A DNA stretch of 64,000 bases from Neodothiora populina (GCF_041146345.1 NW_027191402.1:434001-498000), one strand, 5' to 3'; counted from the first letter of the stretch, positions 11,524-24,410 are shown. Notes: generated by a model from the letters alone, not told the origin. Made by a program: numbers and translations.

Positions 11524-13022
11524 TCAACCCTGGTGCATCTTCTTCACTCGCTGACCACCCTCGTAGAGTAATCGGTCGATTGCAGAGGCTGTCACAAGCA
11601 CTCCTCCGACGACGCCACATACGCCGACCAGGAATGCGGAGAAGCTTCTGCTACGAGCTTCGCGGTTGATAACCTTCATAGGCGATATGTCCTGATCAGG
11701 GGGTCAGTTACGTTTGTCAATATCATTCGTGATCACAGAACTTACGTAGGAGAAGAAAACTCCAGGTATACCACCTCTTGCGTGCAGTCGCTCTGCGTGG
11801 CCTTCTGCTTTGTCGTCTCCGCCGTTCAAACTTCGCTTGTGGCTAGTAACGCTGTACTGATGCGTCTCAACGCTGCCAGCTTCGCCGTGTCCATAGTTTC
11901 CAAGCTCCACAGAGTCGCTGGGCAAGTCAAGAACGTTCTTCTTGCTCTCCCATCCGAGTGGTAGGTATGCCGTAGACACAACCTTGACAAAGTACATGTA
12001 GTTGTAGGCCTTCTCGTCAGTCTTCTGTTCAGTGTTGTCAAGCGGGTTCAGATGGTGGTTGCTCCAGCCCATGCCCTTCTTTCCGATCTTGGCCACGATG
12101 TTATCTGGCAGTTGAGGACCGAAGCGAAGATGGTGGATCTTGTGGGTGAAAGTGTGTTCGACACCATTGCCTCCAGCGAAGTAGTTCTCGAGGTCATGGA
12201 CGTGCATGTTGCCATTGCTGAAAGACTTTCCAGGAGCGAAGTGAAAGTTGCCAATAACCTTGTTGACGCGGATTCCTCCCTCGATGCGGCATCCTTCACG
12301 GCGCTGCTGGTCCAGGAACTCGGAGTAGTGTTCGCGCTCGCATTGCTCGACATTCTCGCCTCGACCGAAAGACCAGGACACACTGGCGTAGGCATCACGC
12401 ACTTCGGCGCAAGTGTTGCAGCAGCCAGGCTTCGAAGCGCCAGATGGGGAAGGTGCGCCATAGCACTGACCGCAGTATGAAGGATCGAGATGGGTTGCCG
12501 CTTCATCACCGTGTCTATTGCGTAAGAATGGTAAGTGTCTCGGTTTCGAAACGAGGAGTCTTGCAGACATACAGATTCAAAGCCTTGGACTCGATTGCGC
12601 GGCCACCCTCGAGCTCTGGCGCCAATCTGACCTTGTTGACACCATGCATCACTCCAGTCTGTATCTCGCCGGATACGTCCATCACGTCCAGCGTGAGGAG
12701 CTCGCAGGGCACTCTAGGAAAGGATATGTTCATGTGGATCTCCATCTTCTCTCCTGTACGTGACGGATCATGTTAGAACCACATAAGATCTATCATTCAA
12801 CGTAATAAGAATGAGCAAGGCATATTTACCTCGTCCTTTGTCAACCACCAGCTCCGGATGCACGACGATCCTTCGGTAATCTGCCCATTCTCCCCAAACA
12901 AGCCAAAGAATAAGTAGCAATGAGCCGAGTGTCACGATGCCTCCAGACGTCGTTCTGATCCTGGCATCTTCCACCGTCTTGGTGAAAGCGTCCAGGCGCG
13001 TGAAGCGCGATTTTGCAGGCAT
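11524..13022 (-). CDS. ERV46: ER-Golgi vesicle protein Erv46 (ERGIC3 family)
   Basis: MPAKSRFTRLDAFTKTVEDARIRTTSGG, PCELLTLDVMDVSGE, CCNTCAEVRDAY, GNFHFAPGKSF, GGIPGVFFSY|DISPMKVINRE and a C-terminal TM segment; three introns. Confidence 0.93.
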
Positions 13023-13685
13023 GATGAAGATTGGGAGAGAAGAATGATATCACACGTTACGGGGAGTCCAGCTCGCAGCAACACTTGTGGTCGCAGGTCT
13101 TGAGGTACTGGATGGGAACCGATGATTTTAATGATACATCAGAGCGTGGGACTCCTTCTTCTTTGGACTCAACCGAGTGACTTGGATGATGAGGCGTTCA
13201 AAGGAGTGAACAAGGATTCCAATGGTCACTATGTGGAATCGGACTACCTTAAGGTGATTTAATAAGAGGCCACCTTTACCTCCGCTTGGCTTCGACCTGC
13301 CGCCGCAATGTCGAGCGTGGTCCGCACGCTGCGCCCGCACGTCGTTATCGTGGGGAAGAAACACAATTAATCACCACGCTGACTCTGACATGATACTATT
13401 TGGGTATATCAAAAACCTTTCAGCACGTCGTGTTCCAATGCCTATGAGACAGACATGGAATGCAGTCACGCAAGTGCAACATGATCTGTGGCTCATTGCT
13501 CGCAGTGCTCATTTTGGTTCGATGCATGCGTAGCAGCCGCCACTTTTATATGTGATTTTATCTGATGTTGAGACGCTTGTCATATGTGTAGGCGGAAAAT
13601 ATTTCTGAAAATGTCCAATGGTCGTTCGTGCGCGTACAGGGGGTATCATAAGAATTCCAGTCCATCCCGGAGTTTGCCAACCCTT

Positions 13686-14894
13686 TTATGCTATCTTTCG
13701 TCCGACGTTGCCTACGCCTCTTCCAACAATGCTGACGACCACGTCCCGCTCGCCATCGCCATCTCTCAGTCCCCATCCACTCATGCCGTATATCCTGAGA
13801 TCGCGAGCGAGCTGAATCACCCCATCGGTACCCAGCACGTCCTTTGAAAGAACCAATCTGCCCACGTCTTCGCTGCCCATTGCCATCATGGTAAGCATGG
13901 TCGGTGCTGCAACGACAGACGCGCAGCCGGCTTGTGATATGGACTCCAGAAGCTGATAAGCGCAGGCCTTGCCTATGTCTTCCGGAGCCTCACCACCGGA
14001 CGATGAGCTGGCGACATCAGCAGAGTAGAGCACACCAGTACTGGACTCGGCGACCAAGCTGAGACCAAAACCGATTCCAATCTTTCGCTTTGCCGCCGCG
14101 TTGTTCTTCTCTGGAGCTGCTATCAACGGTGCTGATGAAACATCGGAGAAGATATATGTGTCGGCAACAAAGGTGTTCAGCACTCCACGTGCTGTGTCAA
14201 TCATCCTTGCATTGTTGGCACCAGCAACGCCTGTGGCGTAAGCAACACCTCGTATGCGCTTTACCCGGCCGGGATTCATCAGATGTATGGTTTTAGGCAA
14301 GCGTACTTGATGCCCGAAAACGAGCTGGACTTCTCCACCACCGCCTCGACCACCGGGACCTGGATTTGAGCGCCGAAGTATGCGCAGTTCAATATTGTTC
14401 TCTATTCCAAAACTCTTGTAGAGTGGCAATATGGCTGTTCTCACTGTGTCAACGCTGACATCGCCCTTGTCGGTCGAACTAGTGATGACGCCAGGGCCTG
14501 TGAAAAGGACATTGACTGGCGCTTTTGAAAAGGCTGCCAGCATGCACAGGGGAATCAGAAACCAGCTGACACCTCGAGCACACTCTCTGGGCAGTTCGTG
14601 TTTCACAACACCTCCGCTAGCACCGTACCCAGCGGCACTTCCGATGATGAGACCAGGTTTGTAGACGAGCGTCGTTCCTGTCATTGAAAATTCGATTCCA
14701 CTGCCATTGGTGATGGTGTCGAGCAATCGTAAGAACGATACTTCGTGAGGACTGAGTCCAGTATTTGTGTGAGAAGAGGATCGAATCTGGGAGATGCGGA
14801 TTGGTCGTCCAGTCAAAGTTGCCAGAACCAGTCGAGACGTGAGCTGAGCTGCACCAGTAAAGCGCAGAGGCGCCGGCGGCGGCGCTGTTGCCAT
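13686..14894 (-). CDS. RCL1: RNA 3'-terminal phosphate cyclase-like protein (18S rRNA biogenesis)
   Basis: Intronless ORF with LVLATLTGRPIRISQIR, HEVSFLRLLDTITNGS, GRVKRIRGVAY, GFGLSLVAESSTG and C-terminal GRGVGNVGRKIA. First ATG at 14894. Confidence 0.92.
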   Translation of the reverse strand: MATAPPPAPLRFTGAAQLTSRLVLATLTGRPIRISQIRSSSHTNTGLSPHEVSFLRLLDTITNGSGIEFSMTGTTLVYKPGLIIGSAAGYGASGGVVKHELPRECARGVSWFLIPLCMLAAFSKAPVNVLFTGPGVITSSTDKGDVSVDTVRTAILPLYKSFGIENNIELRILRRSNPGPGGRGGGGEVQLVFGHQVRLPKTIHLMNPGRVKRIRGVAYATGVAGANNARMIDTARGVLNTFVADTYIFSDVSSAPLIAAPEKNNAAAKRKIGIGFGLSLVAESSTGVLYSADVASSSSGGEAPEDIGKACAYQLLESISQAGCASVVAAPTMLTMMAMGSEDVGRLVLSKDVLGTDGVIQLARDLRIYGMSGWGLRDGDGERDVVVSIVGRGVGNVGRKIA

Positions 14895-15747
14895 ATTCTT
14901 CTGTCGTTCAGTCCCTCGTCTTCCCAATGTCACAGTCGTACTTGGTCTGAGAATAAAGATTGCTGGCGAAGATTGTATTGTAGGAAACTGATGATTTGGT
15001 TCGATGATGCAGATTTATCTTCCACAGAAAGCAGGAAAGGAAAAAGATGGACCGCATCGGCGCTAAATTTGGCTAAACTCCGAAGCCAAGCCTGCTTTGG
15101 AACATCGAGTAAGTCACCTCGTACTGTATTTCCATCAAGGTACGCGCATTTGCTTTGAGACACCAGAGGATACCTTCGACGAGACACAGATAAAGTGCTG
15201 ATGACAACAGTATCTCAGTATTGTGGCATATCAGTGGCAATTCAGAATGAGCCTGTCGAACTTCAGCCCTTACAGCGGCACTCAATCCCTGATCTACAGT
15301 CTTCGAGCTCGTGGAGGCCGATCACTTTCTACTAGTGCTCGACCCTTAGCTCCTCGAATGCTTTATTCGACTTACTCAATGGCGCCGTGTACCATAACGT
15401 GGAGACACGTATTCTACTGATCACACTGCTTCAGTTTCCAGGTGTACGAGTAGTGTGATCGTCTCTTGTCAAGCAAAAGCTGCTCGAATCCGGACACGCG
15501 ATAGTGCTCGTCGCTGTGCTAGCTTCATCATGGTATGTAGAGAAACCTTTCGTCTGATATCATTTGCTATCTGAGGTATCGTGCATGATAAAAGTGCAGC
15601 AAGCATGTTCGAGGTAATGAAAATCTTTCTTCCGGACCAGCCCTTTTCGTTTCACCGTCGCAGCTTACGGAATACTCCATCCTAATGTCATTGAACTACT
15701 ACCCGCACTTCGTAAGGCTTTGTAGCCGCGGATAAGATACGACGTCG

Positions 15748-16599
15748 CTAAGATCGGTATCCACCTCCATTGCTGGGATATCCTCCTTGACCGCCACCGC
15801 TGCCGTAGCCTTGAGGGGAGCGCCAGTTGCCGCCAGGAGGGGCGTTGCCGTAACCTACATCTAGTCAGCAATAGTCATCACCGTATGGCTTTCGCTTTAC
15901 GTACCGCCCTGCTGACCGCCCTGCTGACCACCCTGGCCGCCTTGCTGGCCACCTTGTTGACTGTAGCCGCCGCCGCCTATAGAGAGACTTGTCAACAACA
16001 GATTTACGCCCCGGTTGCAAGAGGGAAATCATACCGTAGCCGCCGTAGCTACCACCTCCACCGCTGCCGCCGCCGTAGCCGCCGCCACGAGGGTTGTTGT
16101 AGCCGCGGTTGGCAAAGCCACCACCACCACCTCCTCCGCTGGCGCGCTCTGAAGCTTTGTCGACACGGATGGTGCGTCCATCGAATCTATCGTCAAGTAT
16201 CAATTTCGAAGGACTGTTGTACTGGCGCATAGCGCGACTTGGCTTTCTCGTCAGGAAATGACAAGACAGATGACGCTTACTCGACTTCGTTCATTCCAGC
16301 GATGGCAGCTTCAGCTTCGCTCTCGTTCTGGAAGCGAACGAAACCAAAACCACGGCTGCGACCGGTGTCACGATCCTTCACAACAACCTGTATGTGTGTG
16401 AATATCCATGATCTCCTGTTCAGAGTCGCTAAGTGACCATATGGGGGGTACACACTGCCTCTTCGACCACGCCGAACTCTTCGAACTTGGCGCGTAGAGT
16501 AACATCATCTGTGTGCCAGGCGAGGCCACTAAAACATGTCAGTGAGAGATCATTGAATGAAGGATGCAGATACAAATACCCAATAAAGAGTTTGGACAT
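15748..16599 (-). CDS. Glycine-rich RNA-binding protein (single RRM plus G/Y/Q-rich tail)
   Basis: Spliced product [15 protein letters not shown]...[26 protein letters not shown] (RNP1)...|[14 protein letters not shown], then GGY/QQGG repeats; five introns; TAG 15748-15750. Confidence 0.88.
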
Positions 16600-18331
16600 G
16601 CTTTCAGCGATAATCGCGATTTCTACGCGATGCTGATCGGACGAGTACTGATCAATGTGTAAGCTACGATTCATCCAGATTGCGACAAGCACTTGAACGT
16701 ACGTGGTAGTACGAAGTAAAATGCTGGGATGTGATCAAACTTACAAGTGGATTATTATTAAATCGCAATGATCAGATCCAGGCCGTCAAGAACAAAGTGA
16801 CTTGAGAAATTGAAACGAACAGACCTCTGAGAGAGAAGGACACGTTTGTAGACTGGAAACGGTGAGTGCGGATGCAGCTCTGTTGGTTTTGTCCAGGGTT
16901 CAGGAGGAGTGCCAGAGCGAGCGAGCAAGAAGGTGGGAGCTGGATTGCCCCTCATGCAGCAAAAGCACGCTACTGTAATCAGCCGTTCAAGCTTGATTCG
17001 CTGCAGACGATGGTTCTGATAGCACGCCATGGAACTTGTTTGTGCGGCGCCAGTGTGCAGTAGCCGGGGCGGGTTGTTTACATACCTAGTCGTAGTGGGT
17101 TGGCTATTGGCGTACTGTACAATATAATAATTGGGACCATGCGGTCCATCACCCGGCCTATCACTACAGATTCACATGGTTGCCGCACATGTCTCACACA
17201 TCGTCTGGCATGCATTTTTCAACAATCGCAAGTCTCAATTTCCCATCCCTCACTAGCGCATATGTTACTGAGCGTTATGCTTTTCGTTCGCAACAGACTA
17301 AACAACGATCCGCCTTTGCCTTTTTGCTTTTATCATCATGGTACTCTGACATGTCGAGCATTAATACCAGGCCCAGGACTGAGCAAGCGTATGTGGAGAA
17401 CAGATCCCCCTAACTCATCTTGCTAGCGCCTGTGCTCAGACCATACCAAATCGATGCCGAACTAGCTTTGCTCCCGAATACGGTCAAGCGCCCGAATGCG
17501 AGCTCAAACTTCCCCGCGAATATGGCTTGCCAATGAATCATGAGTACAGGTTTAAAATACATGATATCGATGTACTGTACACGGGGCAAGTACCTGACTG
17601 TCAGTGTGCCTCGCACGTCTAGGCTACTGTGGCCCACCTCGAGCAAAATGCATCTCCACTCATCAACAAGCAGCTTTGGTCGAAAGTATACTGCACGCCG
17701 GTTTGTGTTACATTGTCAGCAGGCGCGTTCTACTGTTTCAGCTAAGCAGGTGGGCTGTCTGATTCACTCACGACAGAGTGACATGATGATATTCCACAAT
17801 ACTCTACTTCTTGTATCGACCGCAGGCATTGTGATGAGTTCGGTTCTGAAATGCCATCACAATGACTGAGTTAGGTACATAGTTACTGACACGGCTCGAC
17901 CATCAATGATGCATGTGAAAATCCATCACACGCCGCAGGCAGTGGGGCTGCAGGCTTATGCTGTGTACAGGCGAGCAAATGTGTCCCTCAAGATTCGAAC
18001 TTATAGTGTTGCATCCGTTGGCACGCATCTACCTACTCAACGACATCGTGATGAGATGCATATTATAAAGTGGTACAATTGCAAATTATTGCAGGTTTTG
18101 ATTTTAGTGTGCTAGACGCCCCAAGTTCGAGCTACGCTTAAGAATGAAGGAGCTACCAACATGGATTCTTGATCGACATAGCATCACTCGAGCACGACTC
18201 GGTCCTGAGATAATCGGGCTCCCAGTGAGGAAGGCGCTCTACAGATACAGCCTGCCGGTATGCTTCCAGACTGTTTCCGAGTAGATCATGCGCGGTGTGC
18301 TACAACACCAGGTTGAGACTTAGTGCTCAGC

Positions 18332-20213
18332 ATGGATGTCCGTCGATGGCTGCACGATGTTGATGAAATACTGCTTAATGAGTCGTTGCCTATCGCCTTT
18401 CATACTTCCGACAAGATTAATTCTGACGGTCGAGGCGACGCAAAGGTCACAAAAGTCTCTGACGCTGCGAAAATTAAAGAGAATTATCATGTGGAATACT
18501 CACGCTCAAATGAGCTGTCACTGCAATTTTCATCTGCATCATTGTCGTCTCGATTTTTGGCCCACCTCTTGTCATCCAGTCCATCCTCGACAGGTCGAAG
18601 CCAGTGGAATATCGGAGAAGGAAGCGTAACGAAACCAGACCTGACAAGTATGATCCTACAAAAAGGCATTGAGGCAATGGAACGACCAAGGCCCGTGGCG
18701 CAGACGCTCATTCATGTATAAGTATGAAACGAAAGAGAAGCTGTACAAAAAAAAAATCGGACGGAAAAGACTAAATCGAGGAAGAGACGTAACAGACACA
18801 ATGGTGGAGGATTGGTAGAGAACTATCGCGCGACCAACGTATCAAGATCTCGGCTTACAGTAAGTAGGATGCGGTGCGTAGGTCAAGCGAGAGTCTGAGC
18901 TGATGTCAAAGTAGTTGAAACCAAGCAAGAAAGGTGTCTATGTCCAAGGACGTTCCTCCGGGTTGGTACAAAGACCAGGATGTAAGTTATGCTTGAGACC
19001 TACGACGAAAGGCTTGGTTAATGCGTTACAAGTGCCCGACCTGGTCTTTTCAGAGATGCGATTCCTGCAAAAAGAGAAAGATCACGAAGAAGAGCAATAA
19101 CGCCAGCATCATTCTAGCCCAAAAATGCGAGGAAAGAGCACAATTATCGTGAAGCCCGGAGCAGCTGGAGGGACCAAGTCTCACAAAGATGTCGAAGAAG
19201 CAGGCATATCAAGCTATTTCGAGCGAGCCTGCAAGGACAGAGACATCCAACGCCATGAAGAGACGACAAGGCTCAAAGGCCAAATATCTGAAGAAGACCA
19301 GACAGAATCATGTCAGGCTCACAGCGATAAACATCATCACATCCGGTCAGCTATTGGGTTCGAATGCATTAGTCTTCTCGCCGGAAAGCTGCATACATCA
19401 GGAACAACACAAAGCACATGTAGCAACAAATCACGGCATCATTCAGGCTGCAGTCATGCTGATCCACTTGCATGTGTAGATCAACGGCACGTCAATCTTG
19501 AGCAAGGAAACATAGTAGTCAATACAGATTGTGTCTGTCATATCGATAACACCTTTGACTGGTCGAACATGTCAAGTATTCCGGTAGAAGATCGCTGTCT
19601 GGTGCACGACGCGCGACACAGTGCTAACGCTATAGACATGCAAAAAGAGACGGAGATATGCTCTGGACAAACCCCTTCGTCCTCGCCCTTGAAAAGCATC
19701 CTGGCCGAGTGCAGAAATGCAGATAGACGCCAATTGCATCATCGAGCTACATTTACTTGCCAGCCTGCGCATCTTGTGATGACACGAAGCGATCGAGCAG
19801 AAAAAAAGCGTCAGTATGCATATTCAGCATCTCCAGGACCTGGCATCTATCAAGAGCAAATCTCATGCAGACCACCGATCCCAGTATTTGAAGAGACTTA
19901 CCAAGCAGATGCCGACAGTGGTAGCTGGGATGAATATGAAGAGGTAGAGAGAAGACCGATAGATGTCATCGCATCTTGTCAGTCTTACGGCATAGAAGCC
20001 GAGCTTCGCGGATGGGTCGGTGAATTCTGCAGTGGACAAAGCACAGGGAGCCCGAAGGTCGGGCCCATCGGCAGTGAGGACTCTAACAACTCTCAAGAGG
20101 TCGATCAGGGCATTTCATCTTTCTGGAAGAATCATCATGTCGAAGAGCAGCTCCCATTGGACGGTCCTACAGATGGGTTGGCGGGGTTTTGGCAGCCCAA
20201 TAAGCTATATTGA
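18332..20213 (+). pseudogene. Disrupted copy of a conserved fungal hypothetical gene
   Basis: Recognisable blocks (YRRRKRNETRPDKYDP; NVSRSRLT|LKP; QGRSS..RPG|LPDLVFSEMRFL; C-terminal GFWQPNKLY) with intact introns 18860-18914 and 18982-19032. Lesions: frame change near 18600, TGA 18670-18672, frame change at A10 18747-18756, in-frame TAA 19098-19100. Confidence 0.65.
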
Positions 20214-20815
20214 TTAAGAAACATTGGTGTTCAGCACATTTTCCTGTATTTCTATACCACTTCCAGCTGACCCCTGCTTGGTGAGATTGACAAACATGAC
20301 GTTTCATCAACACCACGAATGCACGCTATCTGTATCACACGTATACTACTGTAGCCATGCTGGCATCCGGTCGCGCCAAAGGTGAGGCGAAGTCGGCCGC
20401 ATGGACCCTGGAACATAAGGTACAGCGCCTCGAGAGCGCGCAGCAACAAAGCTCGCCATTTTTGTGAAGCTTCGGTTTCAGCTTCTTCCGAGGTTAGCAC
20501 ATTGGAATTGGCATTACACAATTATATACAGGGGAACAAGACCAGCCTGTTCGTGAGCGGTACGGAGTGAGCCAATAGTCAGGTATGGAGAGCCTCTCTG
20601 TATTACGGACCGGCCTGCATAATGGCGGCAGAGTATGGAAGAGCGTGTCTGGCATTGGTTTCACGTATTGTCCTGTTCGGTGCCTTCGCTCCCCGGCGTT
20701 GGTTCACCGCCGCAGCTTCGACCCCACCGAAACGGGCATTTCCGTTTTTCGAAAGTCCAAGGTCGCTCGTCACTTGTCCGCCTCCTCTGTTCTACATACA
20801 TCAAACAACCCAACC

Positions 20816-21892
20816 ATGGCTCCTCAATACACCACTCGCCACGTTGGCGCTGCCCACACTCTTGACTACCGTATCTTCATTGAGAAGGATGGCGTCCCAG
20901 TCTCGCCCTTCCACGACATCCCCCTCTACGCCAATGAGCAGCAGACCATCCTGAACATGGTTGTCGAGGTGCCCCGCTGGACAAACGCCAAGCAGGAGGT
21001 ATGTCTGCACCATGACCGTCTTGTTCGAGTGCAATGACGGTTTCCGGACGAGAGAAATGATTCCAAACTCACACAATGGCAGATCTCCAAGGAGGAGGCC
21101 CTCAACCCCATCAAGCAGGACACCAAGAAGGGCAAGCTCCGCTTCGTCCGCAACTGCTTCCCCCACAAGGGTTACCTCTGGAACTACGGTGCTTTCCCTC
21201 AGGTACGTTGTGATGCTTGTCGTGTGAACATGGCGAGAGCATCGACTGACATGACACGCAGACCTGGGAGGATCCCAACGTCATGCACCCCGAGACCAAG
21301 GCCAACGGAGACAACGACCCTCTCGATGTTTGCGAGATCGGTGAGCTTGTCGCCAAGCCTGGTGAGGTCAAGCAGGTCAAGGTCCTCGGTGTCATGGCTC
21401 TCCTCGACGAGGGTGAGACTGACTGGAAGATCATTGTCATTGATGTCAACGACCCCTTGGCACCCAAGCTCAACGACATTGAGGATGTCGAGAGACACCT
21501 CCCTGGTCTTCTCCGTGCCTCCAACGAGTGGTTCCGTATCTACAAGATCCCCGACGGAAAGCCCGAGAACCAGTTCGCTTTCAGCGGCGAGTGCAAGAAC
21601 AAGAAGTACGCCATGGACGTTGTCCGTGAGTGCGCCGAGGCCTGGGAGAAGCTCATCACTGGCAAGACCCAGAAGGGAGAGATCTCGCTGTAAGCTTACT
21701 TTTCTACTACAAGATCTTGCATTTTGCGACTTTCAACTAACTTGATTATCTAGCGCCAACACCACCGTCTCTCACTCTGCTGACCGCACCGAGGCCTCCG
21801 CTCTCAACATCCCCCAGGGCGAGAACAAGGCCCCTGCCCCCATTGATCCCAGCATTGACAAGTGGTTCTTCATCTCCGGCGCTGCCGTGTAA
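20816..21892 (+). CDS. IPP1: Inorganic pyrophosphatase (cytosolic start 20816; in-frame upstream ATG 20585)
   Basis: [57 protein letters not shown] and C-terminal [12 protein letters not shown]; three introns. Confidence 0.96.
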
Positions 21893-22162
21893 ATGTTGAA
21901 CTAGGAGAAAATGGAAAAACGTGTAGTAGTGCATTGAGATAGAAGTATAATCCACGGGAAATGCAGAAACTGTCACATCTTGCTCTTGTGAAATATATGC
22001 GAACATGTTCCTGTGTGATCTAGAACCAAAGAATAGCAGTTAACATGACGATGTTCCCAAGGTACTGCCTCTGTAGACAGCACCCGCAAACCTTTTGACT
22101 CCATACGCCTCGCTGTATTGTGAGCGGGTTCTAGCAAAAGACCAAAGGATAAGGAAAATCAT

Positions 22163-22542
22163 CTATCCGTTCAGCTCTTCCTGTCTTCCCAGCATACGCG
22201 AATGTCTATCCACCTCAATCATGATATCCTTGATCTTCAACTGCTCGAGATCCAATTTCATTTCCTTGCCATCTTCTGCGCAGACGAACCAAAGTCAGTA
22301 CATGTATTCCGCCAAATAAGACGTAAAGGACAAAGTCACGGGACAGGAGGAGTCGTACTGAAAGTAAGAGCCAGCACAGCAGGCTTAGCGACCTCAGACC
22401 TGGGCAGCATCTTGACGTTGATAGCCATGCTGCTGCGGGCGTTCGGTGGTAGCATGGCGAGGAAGTTGCGCGCCGTCTTGCCGGACTTTGGGTTGAACGG
22501 CGAGAAGCTCGTCGACACAGAGGTCAGGAATCGTGTGATCAT
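22163..22542 (-). CDS. MRPL44: Mitochondrial large-subunit ribosomal protein L44 (mL53)
   Basis: MITRFLTSVSTSFSPFNPKSGKTARNFLAMLPPNAR...LALTF|KDGKEMKLD...EVDRHSRMLGRQEELNG; one intron. Confidence 0.85.
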
Positions 22543-22625
22543 CTTGATTCAGAAGGTGCAGGATCGCAGTGGTGCTTGTCGAGGTTTTGCCCGGTAGGTG
22601 GTGGGTGGTCGTGTATGGAACGGGG

Positions 22626-22658
<33 letters not shown>
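22626..22658. repeat. (GTT/AAC) trinucleotide microsatellite, about 11 units
   Basis: Perfect tandem run between the divergent MRPL44 and SEC20 starts. Confidence 0.95.
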
Positions 22659-23016
22659 GGGATTACCACTTATTGCACTTCGAGATCTTCGAAACGCTCT
22701 ATGTGATGCCTTATACAGGCAGTCTTCGCGGTGCGTTATTCAGGTCGCGGGTAGATGAGATGGATGGTGTGTTGTGATTCCACTTGCGGCGGACTGGTTC
22801 AGCGAACTTTTGATGCGGCAATATCCGGCCTTGTTTCCATTTTCTGGGGAAGTTGTTTTACGGTAAAGTGTCACTGTACACGGGACTACGTCCAAAGATC
22901 TGTTAACTATTATTGTTCTTGAACACTGACAAGTTACGAGATGATGACAACAGGTCAATAACAAACTACATAGTCGATACAATCATCCCTGCTACCCACA
23001 TCCCATATATTCCTCG

Positions 23017-24410
23017 ATGAGCGCCTCGTCGGTGTCTGCAAACATTGCAGCTCTTTCCGATCAACTCAAAGTCACCTTCCAACTAATAAACCGCCTGTCC
23101 AAGTCCACCAGCCAGACGCCTGCGACTACCCCGCAAGACGAACACGACCAGTTGGCCATCGACCTCGTGCAGGACATCCGCGAACATCTCAAGCAGAACG
23201 AAGATAGCCTAGACCAGGTCAAGCAAGAAGTCGACGATCTCATAAGTCAGTGGTCGAGTGGGACGCACCGAAGACGTGACAGCATCAAGGAGCGAGAGAG
23301 AGCGCGCACAGCAGCTCAAGTTGCCCGTCTAGAAGAAGAAGTGACACAGTACGAGAGGCGCCATCGTTTCCTTTACACTCATGTATTCCCTTCTAACTCC
23401 TGCACAGCGCCCGGAGTCGTTTTCGTAAAGCACAACTCACCTCAAAACACGCATCTGAAGCGGCCAAACAACGAGAACGGGAAGCCCTCCTCGCCGGTTT
23501 ACAACAGCAACCTTCAGCGTCATCATCACCGTCTCCTTCCACAGACTTATTTGCGGGACGGAAGCCTCAGCAGTCCAGGCAGCTTACACAAGACGAGATC
23601 CTGGTCAACGCTTCTGGCGACGTCACATCTGCTCTTCGCCGCACTCACGACCTGCTCACGTCGGAACTGTCTCGTTCTCGCTTCGCCCAGGAGACTTTGG
23701 ACCAGTCTACAGCTGCTCTAGCTGATCTAGGCGAGCGCTACAGTGGTTTGGACTCACTCTTGTCGAGTAGCAAGTCTCTACTGGGCACCCTTGTCCGCAG
23801 TCAGAAGAGCGATACCTGGTACCTGGAAACCGCCTTCTACATACTCGTCGCTACCCTTTGCTGGCTCATCTTCCGAAGGATCATCTACGGACCTGCCTGG
23901 TGGTTCATCTGGTTGCCTCTGAAGTACCTACTTTTCAAGCCTTTTCTCTACATATTCGCCGCGTTCGGTATCACGTCTAGGGCCCAGCCCAGTTCTGACT
24001 CTTTACACACTGCCTTGTCCTCTCGGCCACCCTTGCGTGTTCAGCCGAGTGCATCTGGCGCCATCCCTACTTTCAGAATGAGCCACGAGGACCGTCAAGC
24101 AGCACCAGGAGTGCCCGTGGGTGGTGGCGGTATGGGAGCTAAGAAGGGTCCCGATGGCAAGTATCGCGATCCCAGCCCGCCGGGTAGCTTGTCGCAGAAG
24201 ATTGGTCAGATGGCCGAAGCAGGCAGGGAGGAGATGCGAATAGGTGGAGCGTCCGTTGAAGAAGAAGAAGAACCTGTCGAAGTGGTCCGGAGAGGTGACG
24301 GTACAATCCTGCAGGAAAGAGGCGAGACACCTCGCAATCCGAAGAAGAAACAGTGGGAGGAAGATGTTGAGGCTGCTAACCACCAGCATCGAAAGAGAGA
24401 TGAGCTGTGA
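23017..24410 (+). CDS. SEC20: ER t-SNARE Sec20
   Basis: Coiled-coil N-terminus; intron 23349-23407; SNARE-like DVTSALRRTHDLL..ELSRSRFAQETLDQSTAAL; SQKSDTWYLETAFYIL TM segment; C-terminal RDEL ER-retrieval signal. Confidence 0.88.

Noticed and set aside
22394..22669. Poly-Q ORF here, and the poly-ER ORFs at 30800-31057
   Set aside because: They are translations of the (CAA)n and (GA)n microsatellites in promoter or leader DNA.
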